From IMG/VR virus record IMGVR_UViG_3300027797_000019, positions 1 to 64,000 of that record: a DNA stretch of 64,000 bases; one strand, written 5' to 3'. Every line of letters begins with the position of its first letter. Within the stretch, counting starts at the first letter, position 1. Both the position numbers and the translations under genes were made by a program. The notes below the pieces were generated by a model, which was not told the DNA's origin, ran no database searches, and saw only the letters and a list, made by a program, of their open reading frames with translations. This stretch comes from a virus. Below, one piece after another: positions 36,720 to 48,400 of this stretch.

Positions 36720-38051
36720 ATGAGTCTAATTTCATCTGTATATCAGAGTTTAAAACGCAAACGCTCTGATCAGGAGAAAGCTGAAAAGATAGGCATTCCC
36801 TTAAAAAAATACCTTGCATTAAAAGAGTTAATAGTTAATGCAATTAGTGAAATTTCTTCTGTAGTTGATAGTCACGTTGTTGATTATTTGCAAGGAAAGT
36901 TAGTTGATAAAGTTGAAGAAACAGCTCTCATTGGTCAATTAAATGAAGAGCTTGGTAAAATTGTCATTGATAAATCAAAGTCTGAAGGAGCTACTATTGT
37001 TGAACAGCACGTTGATCTGGAGACCGGTACTACAAAAATTACCGGTCTTTTTGCTGCTGAGCCTAGAAGTTCTGAAGAAATAATAGAGCTACTTAATATT
37101 GATACACGAAAGTGGAAACTTTCGCAATACTGGAACAAAGAAAAAAGTGGGCGATGGTATGTGTCAGCACTTGTAAGTAAACTTCCAGAGGAGCAAGTTA
37201 TACAAAGCACGTTTTTAGAGATTCTTCAAAATTATGAATTACCGGAAATTCAACCCCTCGACAAGAGTAACATCTTGCTCAATAAATCAGCAGAAGAAAA
37301 AGTCTGTGGAGTTTTCTCTCTTCAAGATCTTCACTTTGGAAAACCAGGAAACGAAAATCTCGGAGAAATTCTTGAAAACTGTGTAAAGTCCTTATTAACA
37401 AAGGCTTACAATACATACTACCTTGATGAAATAATTTTTGTAGTTGGTGGAGATGCTCTAAATATGGACACATTTAACGGTACAACCACAAAGGGGACTA
37501 TTGTAGAAAATGGGGAAGGTCCTGTAGAAACCTACATTAAAGCTTTTGACTCTCTTATGCAAACAATTGGGACAATATCTCAATTTTGCAATAAGCTAAA
37601 AATAGTATACTTACCAGGTAATCATGATAGATTGTCATCATTTCATCTGGTACATGCTTTACAGCAAGGTTTTAAAGATTGGTCAAATATTGATTTTGAT
37701 AGCGCATATGCTGAAAGAAAAGTACACCTATATGGTTTAAATATGTTCTGTTTTGAGCATGGTGATGTGACTACAAAAAACAATCCTTTGGTATATGCGA
37801 CAGAATTTCCTATTGAATGGGGTTCTGCATCATTTAGAACTCTCTATGTTGGACATTATCACACAAAGAGGTCAAAGGAATACTTGACAGAAAACGAAGA
37901 AAACGGGTTTACAACTCGTCAACTTCCAAGTTTGTCATCCTCAGATTATTATCATTACCACAATAAATGGACTGGTAATAAGCGCGCAGGAATTTTAGAA
38001 CTGCACTGTGAGAAGAAAGGTAAAGTTTCAGAGTTTGTTTATACACTTTAA
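36720..38051 (+). CDS. calcineurin-like metallophosphoesterase
   Basis: QDLHFG, GGD, GNHD, EHGD and GHYH motifs. Confidence 0.88.
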   Translation: MSLISSVYQSLKRKRSDQEKAEKIGIPLKKYLALKELIVNAISEISSVVDSHVVDYLQGKLVDKVEETALIGQLNEELGKIVIDKSKSEGATIVEQHVDLETGTTKITGLFAAEPRSSEEIIELLNIDTRKWKLSQYWNKEKSGRWYVSALVSKLPEEQVIQSTFLEILQNYELPEIQPLDKSNILLNKSAEEKVCGVFSLQDLHFGKPGNENLGEILENCVKSLLTKAYNTYYLDEIIFVVGGDALNMDTFNGTTTKGTIVENGEGPVETYIKAFDSLMQTIGTISQFCNKLKIVYLPGNHDRLSSFHLVHALQQGFKDWSNIDFDSAYAERKVHLYGLNMFCFEHGDVTTKNNPLVYATEFPIEWGSASFRTLYVGHYHTKRSKEYLTENEENGFTTRQLPSLSSSDYYHYHNKWTGNKRAGILELHCEKKGKVSEFVYTL

Positions 38052-38109
38052 TGGGTCAAAACCATGAAAGTATGGCAAAAATTTATTAAATTCTTATTGT
38101 AGGACGTGC

Positions 38110-38694
38110 ATGAAAGACGCTAAGAAACCAGACTTAAATGCACCGCGTTTTAGACCCTCTGTATTGGGTACTCTTAATAAGTCTGTAATCAGTCTTCTGA
38201 GAGATAAAATACACGGTTTGAACAAGCTTAGCGATGTTGAGATTAAGAATATAATCTTAACATTTAATGAGCTATTGTGGAACACGGTGTTAGAAAATAG
38301 GGACGGTGTTGAGCTTCCAGAGCATGTGGGCAACTTATTCATAGGAACCTGTAAACCTAAAATTCGTAAAAACGTAGACTTTAAAAAGTCACAGGATTAT
38401 TTAAAGGTAATCCAACATCGTAACTGGGAAAGTGATGATTATCTAGCAAAGATATTCTATACTAATCATGAAACTAGATATCGATTTAAAAATTACGAAG
38501 TATGGGGTTTTCAGGGGTCGCGGAGGTTTAAAAGAACACTTGGTAAAGTGTATCCTGAAAACTGGAAGCTGTATGTTCAAGTAGATCACACGCTTCAAGT
38601 TTCCAAGCTGTTTAGAAAAAACAGTTACAGAATCATGAAGGAAGCAGAAAATACCAAAAACCTAGAAAGTTATGATGAACTAGCACTTGACTAA
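38110..38694 (+). CDS. IHF/HU-like protein
   Basis: EIKNIILTFNELLWNTVLENRDGVELPEHVGNLFI; located before the tail ring genes as in crAss-like phages. Confidence 0.65.
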   Translation: MKDAKKPDLNAPRFRPSVLGTLNKSVISLLRDKIHGLNKLSDVEIKNIILTFNELLWNTVLENRDGVELPEHVGNLFIGTCKPKIRKNVDFKKSQDYLKVIQHRNWESDDYLAKIFYTNHETRYRFKNYEVWGFQGSRRFKRTLGKVYPENWKLYVQVDHTLQVSKLFRKNSYRIMKEAENTKNLESYDELALD

Positions 38695-38719
38695 GCACGC
38701 TATTTAAAACATACAAGGG

Positions 38720-39394
38720 ATGGTAACTATTGGAGAAGTAATATCTAGGGTGCGTAATCAAGTTAAGTCGGTAAAGCAAGACGCTTTTTTAACCGACCGT
38801 TTTCTTCATTCCCTTATTCGCAAATACGCAGCACTAATGATGCGACGTCAGGACAACCTGAATCGCATTATGAAATTTAACTCTGTATTTCAAGCTCTTT
38901 CTTTTGTTGAGCTTATTGAAATTGATAAGATTGAAGCACAATGTCATTGTGTTGAAAGTGGTTGCACATTTAAAAGAACAAAAGATAAAGTACCAGCTTT
39001 AATGCAGGGTTACTGGGGTCCTCTTATGAGGTCGGTTACAAGTATTGATATAAGTGAAGAACTTGTACCAACATTTCCGCACACATTTGAAAAGATTGCA
39101 AACCAAAAGACGTTTAAATACAATAGGAAAAAATACTATTGGTATTTAGACGGGTATTTGTATTTCCCAAATCTAGAGTGGGATGCTATTAGAATTGAAG
39201 GTGTGTTTGAAGAAGACATTAGTAAATACAATTGCGATATTAAAGATGATTGTTTGTATATGCAGGATCGTGGATTTCATGTTCCTGAATTCCTTTTTGC
39301 AGAAATCGAACAGAATGTTGTAAGAGATCTCGCGGGAATGATTCAGATTCCTTCTGATATTATGCAAGACAACAGACACCTTGCTAGACAATAA
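38720..39394 (+). CDS. tail ring/tubular protein
   Basis: MVTIGEVISRVR start, YYWYLDGYLYF and IRIEGVFE motifs. Confidence 0.7.
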   Translation: MVTIGEVISRVRNQVKSVKQDAFLTDRFLHSLIRKYAALMMRRQDNLNRIMKFNSVFQALSFVELIEIDKIEAQCHCVESGCTFKRTKDKVPALMQGYWGPLMRSVTSIDISEELVPTFPHTFEKIANQKTFKYNRKKYYWYLDGYLYFPNLEWDAIRIEGVFEEDISKYNCDIKDDCLYMQDRGFHVPEFLFAEIEQNVVRDLAGMIQIPSDIMQDNRHLARQ

Positions 39395-39405
39395 AACATT
39401 AAACG

Positions 39406-40500
39406 ATGCTTACGGAACTTCAATATAGGACATTTGACGAGCTTCTGCAGAGCGTTGAGATTGACATGAAAGGTGTCGATAGTCAAGGTTATGTAGAACC
39501 ACAAGAATTGCTTAAAGTAGCAATTAAAGTCAACAGAGAATTAGGTTTAAAAATCAATCCTTCTAGACAGAAGTGTATTGAAATACATAAAGGAAAAGCC
39601 AGACTACCTGAAGATTTTAACGTGTTAAATTTTGCCTTGGTTTGCGAGTCAAGAAATGAGCATCCTATAGTTAGAAAAGAGAAGACTTACAACCAGGGTT
39701 TATTAGAGGGTGTTTTAATGGCACAGAACATTCTTTCTAGAACAAGTGTTGATCAGTTTACGATTACAATGGATTTACAACCTAATGGTAATCTTATCAG
39801 TCATACTCTAAATACAATGGATGTAATTGTACAAGCACAATTACCTGATGGAACCCTAGCTTCATTTGATTTTTCTACACCAAGTACAGGTGAGATTATT
39901 TTAGACAATGATACAGCACAATTAATTACAGGTGTAAAGATTATCATTATTGGTAAAAAGTCAATTACAAATTTTGGTAGTCAACAACATACTAATCTTA
40001 ATAATGACGACAATAATCCTTCAGTTACCTATATCTATAATAACGTAGTTAATACTTATAAAAGATTAGTACCAATTGAAATTAGACCCAGCAGAAAAAT
40101 TATGAATGACTGCTGGAATCTTACTGTAAAAAGTCATTACATAGGTTACTTAGAAAATGGATTTTTCCATGTCAATTTTGACGAGGGTACAATTTATCTA
40201 AATTATTCTTCTGTAATGGAGGATGACGCGGGTAATCTTTTGGTTTTTGATCACCCTATTGTAAATGAATATTATGAATATGCACTAAAAGAGCGAATCT
40301 TTGAGAATATGTTTTTGAGTGGTGAGTCTTCAGTACAAAACAAATTGCAGTTTATATCTCAGAAATTGAGAATGTCAAGAAATAATGCATTTAGTTATGT
40401 AAATACTCCTGACTTTAATGAGTTGAAGCGCGTTTGGGAAATGAATAGAAAAGCGCAATACCACAACTACTACAACATGTTTAAGAGCAATATACGATGA
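39406..40500 (+). CDS. tail ring/adaptor protein with an inserted beta-rich domain
   Basis: IEIHKGKARLPEDF, FDEGTIYLNY and YYEYALKE motifs; located before the muzzle gene. Confidence 0.65.
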   Translation: MLTELQYRTFDELLQSVEIDMKGVDSQGYVEPQELLKVAIKVNRELGLKINPSRQKCIEIHKGKARLPEDFNVLNFALVCESRNEHPIVRKEKTYNQGLLEGVLMAQNILSRTSVDQFTITMDLQPNGNLISHTLNTMDVIVQAQLPDGTLASFDFSTPSTGEIILDNDTAQLITGVKIIIIGKKSITNFGSQQHTNLNNDDNNPSVTYIYNNVVNTYKRLVPIEIRPSRKIMNDCWNLTVKSHYIGYLENGFFHVNFDEGTIYLNYSSVMEDDAGNLLVFDHPIVNEYYEYALKERIFENMFLSGESSVQNKLQFISQKLRMSRNNAFSYVNTPDFNELKRVWEMNRKAQYHNYYNMFKSNIR

Positions 40501-40850
40501 GCATTATACAAAAAAAGATTAAGGTTGGTGTTTATGATGCCAATGTGGTTTTTATGGTAACTGACTCAATGGAGGAAGTTGCGATAAAAACATTTCGTAA
40601 AACAAAAGAAATCTGGTCTATTGAAGACGCAGACGGTTGTGTTTTTTATACAACAGGTTTGTACTATTTAGTGCTTCTACAAGAACAAATATCTCACAAC
40701 CTTATAGCTCATGAAATATTTCATCTTTCAACTCGGATATGCGAAGATAGATATATCGAAGATGAAGAAACAAAAGCTTGGTTAACAGGTTATCTTACTG
40801 AAAACATTTATAAGTTTTTAGACAAAAAGAAAATTGAAATAAAGCTATGA
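40497..40850 (+). CDS. small HExxH (mini-zincin-like) protein
   Basis: IAHEIFHL...DEETKAWLTGYL. Confidence 0.7.
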   Translation: MSIIQKKIKVGVYDANVVFMVTDSMEEVAIKTFRKTKEIWSIEDADGCVFYTTGLYYLVLLQEQISHNLIAHEIFHLSTRICEDRYIEDEETKAWLTGYLTENIYKFLDKKKIEIKL

Positions 40851-43800
40851 GTCAAGGGCTTGATAATAAAAGTAGTCTGCAGAAGAACAATACCTTTACA
40901 AAAGGTATGGTTAAAGACTTTAACGACCTATTTGTCGGTGAGGGGTTGTGGACTCATGCCCGTAATGCGGTAAACAATTCACATCTTGGTGAGGTTGGTG
41001 TGTTAGGAAATGAGCAGGCAAATAGATACTGTACTACAGCTCCCTACACTATAATAGGATTAATCCATAAGTCAAGTAGTGAGTGGATTGTATTTTCTAC
41101 AAATAATACCGATAGCGAAATTGGAATTTTTGATGAAGGTTTGTGTAAATACACAAAATCTGTAAATGATAAATGTCTTGGTTTTAAGACAACTAATTTA
41201 ATTACTGGTGCAGCAAAAGAAAACTTTGACTGTACTCACTCTGTTTATTGGCAAGACGGGTTAAATCCTGATCGGTATATTAATCTGGATAATATACCCT
41301 ATAAGAAGACTGGCGTCAACCTTTCCCCAGATCCTTCATGTTATATTCCAGAATATTCAGATGAATTGGATTGTGAAAAGACCCTCTTGCAATCTATAGT
41401 AGAAACACCCTGTATTCGTATCAGTAAGGGGAAAGGTGCCGGTCAATTACTTAATGGTTCTTATCAAGCTGTAATCGCTTACTCTGTAAATGGTGTTAGA
41501 GTAACGGATTACTTTAAACCAAGTAATGTTCAATCGCTGTGGAGTCATAGTGGTGTAGGTGGTTCAATGGAAATAGATATTGATGAAATAGACACAACAT
41601 TTGATGAGTTTGAACTTGTTATGGTCACTACAGTCAATTTGCAAACTGTAGCTCGCAGAATAGGATATTATAATACTCGTCAAAAGAAAATAGTTCTTGA
41701 CCTTATAGATCAAGCATGGGTAACAATACCCTTGTCTTACATTCCTCTTCAAAATGCACTTTATTACAAGAGTGATAAAATATTTGAGATTAATGGTTAC
41801 CTACTAAGATCTGGTGTAACAACAAGACCTGATTTTAATTATCAACCTTTAGCAAACCAGATTCAGTCTAAATGGGTTTCTGTAGAATATCCTTCTAACT
41901 ATTACATTAGAGGTGGTAATAAAACTTCATACATGCGTGATGAGGTCTATAGCTTCTTTATTCGTTGGATTTATAAAACTGGTCATCGTTCTGCATCTTA
42001 TCATATTCCAGGTAGAGCACCAATAGCAACCGACACGCAAATAGCTACTGGTAATGATGTTTTGCCTGGTGAAACAATAAATTGGCAGGTTTATAATACT
42101 GCTACAAAAACAGCGGCTTCAGGAATACTTCCAGACGGTGGGGTATTATCTTTCACAGGTCAAATGGGGTATTGGGAATCTACAGAAAAATATTCTGATG
42201 ACAAACCTGATATTTGGGGTCCATTGTGTGGTAAACCTATTAGACATCATAAGTTTCCTGATAACGTTACAACACATATACACTCTAACGCAGGTTCGAA
42301 AATTTCAATACTAGGTGTTGAATTTTTAAATATTCAGCACCCGTTAGATTTAGATGGTAATCCTATAGAAGATATTGTAGGATATGAGATATTAAGAGGA
42401 TCTCGTGAGGGTAATAGAAGCATAGTTGCTAAAGGATTGTTTAACAACATGTGGGAATATGAAATTGATGGACAACCTGGTAAAAAAGGATTGTATCAAA
42501 ATTTTCCATATAATGACTTGAATCCAAATGTGTTTTTAAGAACAGCGTTGAAAAAAGATAATGGTAATAAACCTGATCACAGTTCACTTGCACCGTCAAG
42601 TTATCGTAAGGATATTTACTCTTTTCATTCACCTGATACTACATTTAACAAACCTTTTTTCTCTCAAGGTGCAGTAGAAGTATATACGGTTGAGCATGGC
42701 TCTGTTGAAGGTAAATTTGAATTTCCATATAAGCATCCTAAAAGTAAATTAATTACAGATGGTGCTTTTGTATTTGCATCTGTTGTCGGTGCCGGTATAG
42801 CAGTTCTTGCAGCTTTAGGTAAGGCGACAAACAGGACTGATGTAAGCGCTACATTTCTTGGTGCAGGTGTAATAAAAATATCACAAGCTGAATCAGGAAC
42901 TGCTACAGCTATTCCTGATATAGCAAGTATGATTACAGCAAGACCTGTAGGTACAGTTGCTGGTATTCTGTTAGCAGCACCAGCATTAATATATTATGGT
43001 GCTCTCGGTATTCAATCTGCTTTGGAAGCTATTTATGCATTTAGTCCATTTAGGGATTATGCTTTGCAAGTAAACTCTCACGGATTTTACAATAATGCAA
43101 TACCGATTACTAATAAAGGTAACAGGCGTAGAGCAGTTACAGATAATTCTGGAAGATATATTGATCCATTTGTTCAAGCATATGTTGATAATTTGAAGAT
43201 TAATAATTTATTTAGAAATAAGTTTGTAGCAGTAAAACTATCTAGTCAATTATCTGACCCACATGTTAATGTTGGTAATAATTCTATTAAGGATAATTCA
43301 AGAGTAAGAATTCATGATTTAGAAAAGCATGATGATCCTACAAATGGCGTGTATAGTAGAAATACATCTGCATATTATGGGGCAATTAAATTGAGCTATG
43401 AGAATCAATATGGACAATTAGATTCTATTGTTCAGCTTCCTATTGAAAGTTGCATATTCAAAACACAACCTGGTTCAATTAGATATCGAACTGGAGCATT
43501 ATTTGGAGGAGATGTGTATATTAATCGATACACTGAAAAAAATCCATATATGTTTTTTAATCAGTGGTTACTAGGTGAAAACAATGGTACAGAATACAAC
43601 TATAAGAATTATATTAATGGACCGTTTCCTCGTTACTGGGCAAACTTAGAAAGGTTTGATTTAAATGATTTTACAATCAAACTAAATTTAAAGAAAGGTT
43701 TAGAACTTACTACACCAAGTGATTTTCATCATATGGATAGAGCTGGTAGTAAGACTGGTGTTTTTGTACTTAAGCGAGCGTTTTTTTATCTATTTAATAA

Positions 43801-45481
43801 TGGCGTGAGAGATTTCTTTGTGGAATCCGAAATAAACCTTGCACATAGAGATTACGGTGAATTGTTACATGAAAAACATTTTGAACCTGAAGGATACTCT
43901 GACTACAATGAAATGTTTAGATCAGATATTATCACTAAAGGTAACTACTATAAATATGATTTTTCTTTAAGCGTATCTAAGCTATATAACAATTTTTCAA
44001 CTTGGGGTAAAGTACTTCCTAGAAGTTATGATCCACGAGTTGCGGTAGATTGTTTTGAGTATTATCCGAGTCGAGTTATTTATTCATTACAACAACAGGA
44101 TGAACTAAAACGTGATAATTGGAAAGCATATCTTGCAAATAACTATAAGGATTTTGGAGGTAAGGTAAGTAATATCAAAAGCTTAAATGAGAATGGTGCT
44201 GTTATTCTATATGAAGATTCAGAACCTACTCGTTTTGTAGGCGTAGATACACTTCAAACTCAAGGTGGTACAAAAATTACTATAGGGGATGGTGGATTAT
44301 TCCAACAGAACATGCAATCCCTTGTTAACGCTGATGATATTCTAGAATATGGAAGTTGTCAAAGTCATAGATCAGCTATAAATACTCCTTATGGATTGTT
44401 TTACATTTCTCAGAAAATTGGTAAAGTGGTCCAATATGGTGGCGGAGGTTTAGAAGAAATATCTCGTAACGGTATGCGTCTCTGGTTTGCTGAGTACTTA
44501 CCATCTAAGTTATTGCAAGCATTTCCTGATTATGATCTCTATGATAATCCTGTTGAAGGAATTGGTTGCCAGACAATATATGATGGTCAGTATGATTTGA
44601 TCTATTTTACAAAAAGAGATTTTAAACCATTACTACCAGAAATTAAATATGACATAGAAGCTAAGAAGTTTTATGTTCCTTGTAATTACAATCTAATAGA
44701 AAACCAACCTTTAACACCGGTTGGTAGCAGATGCTATGTTGAACTTACAAATCCTAAATATTTTGAAGATTGTAGCTGGACTATCAGTTATGACCCTAAG
44801 TCAAAAGTTTGGGTAAGTTTTCACGACTGGCATCCTAGTTTGACATTACCTGCATATGAGCATTTCTTAACAGTTAAAGGTTCAGAGTTTTGGAAACATA
44901 ATGATCGTTGTGATCTTTATTCTAACTACTACGGTATTGACTATCCTTGGGAAGTAGAATTTCCTGTGACAAGTGGTAACAATGTAACTACTACAAGAAG
45001 TGTAGAATATTTACTGGAGAACTACAAATACTATAATGATTGCCAGGACAGTTTTGCTCCTCTTGATCATAACTTTGACAGGGCTGTTATTTATAATAAC
45101 GAGCAAATATCAGGTGTATTAGAGTTGCAGGTAAAGCCTAAAAATAATCCTATAGCATTACTGCAGTATCCAATTGCTGGTACTAATTCAGTACAAATAC
45201 ATTACTCAAAAGAAGAGAATAAGTATCGATTTAATCAGTTTTGGGATCTAACCAGAAACAGATTTGAATTTGTGGGCGGAGCTGTACCAATGTGGATTAC
45301 CGAAGCTAATGGATATAAAAGGCGTATTAATCCTACATATATCAATTATGCTAAACCTCCGCTGGAACGTAAGAAATTCCGTCACTACGGAAATAGGTTG
45401 TTCTTGAGAAAGAATATAAGTGGTGAAATAAAAATGCTTCTTAAATTATTTACAACCAAACAACTGGTAAGTTTTAGATAA
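40847..45481 (+). CDS. tail stabilisation/muzzle protein
   Basis: NTFTKGMVKD...HARNA N-terminus, YMRDEVYSF, WTISYDP..WVSFHDW; 1544-aa beta-rich protein. Confidence 0.8.
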   Translation: MSQGLDNKSSLQKNNTFTKGMVKDFNDLFVGEGLWTHARNAVNNSHLGEVGVLGNEQANRYCTTAPYTIIGLIHKSSSEWIVFSTNNTDSEIGIFDEGLCKYTKSVNDKCLGFKTTNLITGAAKENFDCTHSVYWQDGLNPDRYINLDNIPYKKTGVNLSPDPSCYIPEYSDELDCEKTLLQSIVETPCIRISKGKGAGQLLNGSYQAVIAYSVNGVRVTDYFKPSNVQSLWSHSGVGGSMEIDIDEIDTTFDEFELVMVTTVNLQTVARRIGYYNTRQKKIVLDLIDQAWVTIPLSYIPLQNALYYKSDKIFEINGYLLRSGVTTRPDFNYQPLANQIQSKWVSVEYPSNYYIRGGNKTSYMRDEVYSFFIRWIYKTGHRSASYHIPGRAPIATDTQIATGNDVLPGETINWQVYNTATKTAASGILPDGGVLSFTGQMGYWESTEKYSDDKPDIWGPLCGKPIRHHKFPDNVTTHIHSNAGSKISILGVEFLNIQHPLDLDGNPIEDIVGYEILRGSREGNRSIVAKGLFNNMWEYEIDGQPGKKGLYQNFPYNDLNPNVFLRTALKKDNGNKPDHSSLAPSSYRKDIYSFHSPDTTFNKPFFSQGAVEVYTVEHGSVEGKFEFPYKHPKSKLITDGAFVFASVVGAGIAVLAALGKATNRTDVSATFLGAGVIKISQAESGTATAIPDIASMITARPVGTVAGILLAAPALIYYGALGIQSALEAIYAFSPFRDYALQVNSHGFYNNAIPITNKGNRRRAVTDNSGRYIDPFVQAYVDNLKINNLFRNKFVAVKLSSQLSDPHVNVGNNSIKDNSRVRIHDLEKHDDPTNGVYSRNTSAYYGAIKLSYENQYGQLDSIVQLPIESCIFKTQPGSIRYRTGALFGGDVYINRYTEKNPYMFFNQWLLGENNGTEYNYKNYINGPFPRYWANLERFDLNDFTIKLNLKKGLELTTPSDFHHMDRAGSKTGVFVLKRAFFYLFNNGVRDFFVESEINLAHRDYGELLHEKHFEPEGYSDYNEMFRSDIITKGNYYKYDFSLSVSKLYNNFSTWGKVLPRSYDPRVAVDCFEYYPSRVIYSLQQQDELKRDNWKAYLANNYKDFGGKVSNIKSLNENGAVILYEDSEPTRFVGVDTLQTQGGTKITIGDGGLFQQNMQSLVNADDILEYGSCQSHRSAINTPYGLFYISQKIGKVVQYGGGGLEEISRNGMRLWFAEYLPSKLLQAFPDYDLYDNPVEGIGCQTIYDGQYDLIYFTKRDFKPLLPEIKYDIEAKKFYVPCNYNLIENQPLTPVGSRCYVELTNPKYFEDCSWTISYDPKSKVWVSFHDWHPSLTLPAYEHFLTVKGSEFWKHNDRCDLYSNYYGIDYPWEVEFPVTSGNNVTTTRSVEYLLENYKYYNDCQDSFAPLDHNFDRAVIYNNEQISGVLELQVKPKNNPIALLQYPIAGTNSVQIHYSKEENKYRFNQFWDLTRNRFEFVGGAVPMWITEANGYKRRINPTYINYAKPPLERKKFRHYGNRLFLRKNISGEIKMLLKLFTTKQLVSFR

Positions 45482-48400
45482 TGGAGAATTTATATAAATA
45501 CATTTCATTTGATGGTTATCGAAACGATAGTCCTGATAGATACAACCCTGTAAATATTATTCCTACAGGTCGTATTTCTATGAGAGATGTTAATTATCCT
45601 GTTTTTGGTATAGACGAATATGGTAATGGAGGTATTATGTATCCTGGTAATGATTATCAGTTTACAGGAAATACTGTTTTAGAAATTCCTATGATGCAGC
45701 GTGGGGGACAACCTGTATATGATAACATTCCTAGTCCAGCTGTTATGAGGTCTAAAGCTCAAGCAGATCATGAAGCTGATATAGTATTAAGACAGAAAGC
45801 TCTTCAACCTATTACAAAGCCAGTTATTGATTTTATGCAGGAATGGATGAGTTCACCTATGTATAAAGCTATGCTTCAAAAGAGCAACGGTTCTAGTATA
45901 GCTAAAGGAAGAGAGAAACAGCTTCAGACAATGCGTGCACCTGGTTCATTTAATATAGATGTTGACTTAAATCCATATCATGATTGGGTAGATAATTTTT
46001 TTGTACCTAGAACTTTAGGTTCATACGGTATAAATACCCTTACTGGGGAAAATAAAATCTATATAGATAAAAAAGAGACCGATCCAAAGAGACGTAAAGA
46101 AATTGCAGTTCATGAACTTTCTCATGCTACTGATAATCCTAATGGTGCTGGTGGAACACCATTATTACCCGCTGCTGATATTGCTAAGATGCAAGCATAC
46201 AGAGCTGCATTTGATAAAACAAGGAAATCTAAACCTGAAGACTGGCAGACTGAGTTTTATAACTATTTAGCTGAACCAACTGAAACAAGAGCTAGATTAA
46301 ATACACTTAGATATCTTGGTAAACAAAAAGGTATTTATGATCCTTTTACAGAGAAGATTGATAAAAACAAGTTAGATAAGTTTAACTCACTTTTTTCAAA
46401 TGATATTTCTTTAAGACAGCTAAGAGAAATATACTCTGATGAACAGATAACAGATATGCTAAACAGTATTTCTAAAGTACCATCTGTTTCAAGTATCCCT
46501 TTAGCAAAAGGCGGTGGACAGCACGGTGGTCTCGACAGATGGTTCGCTGAAAAGTGGGTTGATGTTAAGACAGGTAAAGAATGTGGTAGACAAGAAGGTG
46601 AAAAACGTAAAGGTTATCCCGCATGTCGTCCTTCTAAAAGAGTATCTACTGATACTCCGAAAACAGCTTCAGAATTATCTTCTGCTGAAAAAGCAAGATT
46701 TAAAAGAGAGAAAACATCTAGTAAAAGAATTTCATATAACCATAAGAAAGAAGAAGGTGGTGAGCTTGAATTAGCTCAATATGGATATATGATACCACCT
46801 GCTGGATTCAATCTTATGCTTGGAGCATCAGAGTTATATAACTATTTCTTTGGTGATGAACCTAAAGAAGTAAGTAAACCTCAGGTTAAGAATGTTAGTC
46901 CAATGGGTTCTATGTATCAGCTATATAATGCTGATTTAAACCAGTTCAAATCACAAAAGACTAATAATGATAAACTAAACCAAAATAACTCAGGAAACAT
47001 TAATCTTTCATCTGGTAGATTTCAAGGTGCACAAGTATCGCCAGAAGTGATAAAAGAAGCTGTTGCATCTGCTAAAGCCCAGGGAATAGATCCGTGGTTA
47101 ATGCTATCTGTAATCGGAAGAGAATCAACATTTGGTAGTGGTACTGATGCAAACATAAAAAGAGCAGGTAGTAAATCAAAATTGGTATCTGGTTGGGATG
47201 TTGCAGAGAATTATACCCCATACGATCCTTTAAGATTTCTTGCAGACAAAAAAGTTCCGGGTGTTAGTACAACTCGTGATGCACACGGTTGGCATTATAA
47301 GTTAGATGATAAAGCTGCGTTGAATAAATATTTATCACAACATCCTGAATTAGTAGCTCAATATCAAAAGAAAGTAGAGAGTACCCCCGAACTTGGTAAT
47401 CTTGATAGTTTTGATTTAGCTGCTAAATTTATTAAAGAACGAGGTCTTGCTCGTTATAACCCTGGAGATCCTAATTATTCTTCAATGGTTAATCAAGACA
47501 TGAAATTATTACAATCTGACCCTAAATTAAAAGCATATATGAAAACGCTTGGATATGAGAACGGTGGCGAACTATTTGATATGAAATCAGGTGGTAATGT
47601 ACCGACAAATCCTTCACTATGGAGTAAAGCAAAAGCTGCTGCAAAAGCAAAATATGATGTGTATCCTTCTGCATACGCAAATGGTTTTGCTGCTAAATGG
47701 TATAAACAGCGCGGAGGTAGTTGGAAAAAAGCTGCTGAAGGTGGATGCTTTGAATGCGGTGGACAGTTTGCAGAAGGTGGTGTTAACTATAATGACATGT
47801 TGAATCAACCAGTATTTATTCCAACAAACTTTGTTCAGTTTGGTGGTGTAGCAAATCCACTAAAGCAACTGCAAAATATGGATACGGGTGATAAAATACA
47901 ATTAGCAAAATTAGCAATGATGTTTGCTAAAGATGGCGGTGAAGCTGACGGGGGAATGGCACTTACACAAGTAAATGCAATGATTGATAGACTTAATAAC
48001 CTTAAGAATTTTATTACTCTTGAATCAGATTTAGATCCGTGGATCAGTGATAAAATATCTGTAATGAATCATTCTGCTACTGCAATTAATGATTACATGC
48101 AATATGGTGAACAAGAAGAACCTGAGGAAATGAGAGAAGGTGGAGGTATACCTACAAGGTATAAAAATATGGGATTCAGTAAGGTGGGTGTTAAAAAAGA
48201 ATCTTCTCGTCCTGGTAAGAAATGGATGGTACTTGCTAAAAAAGGCGATGACTATAAAGTTGTTCATGGTGGTTACGATGGTATGAAGGACTTTTCTCAA
48301 CATGGTTCTGAAAAACGTAAAGATCGTTTTTGGGATCGTATGGGTGGAAAAGATTCTGCAAAAGCAAAAGATCCATTTTCACCATTATACTGGCATAAGA

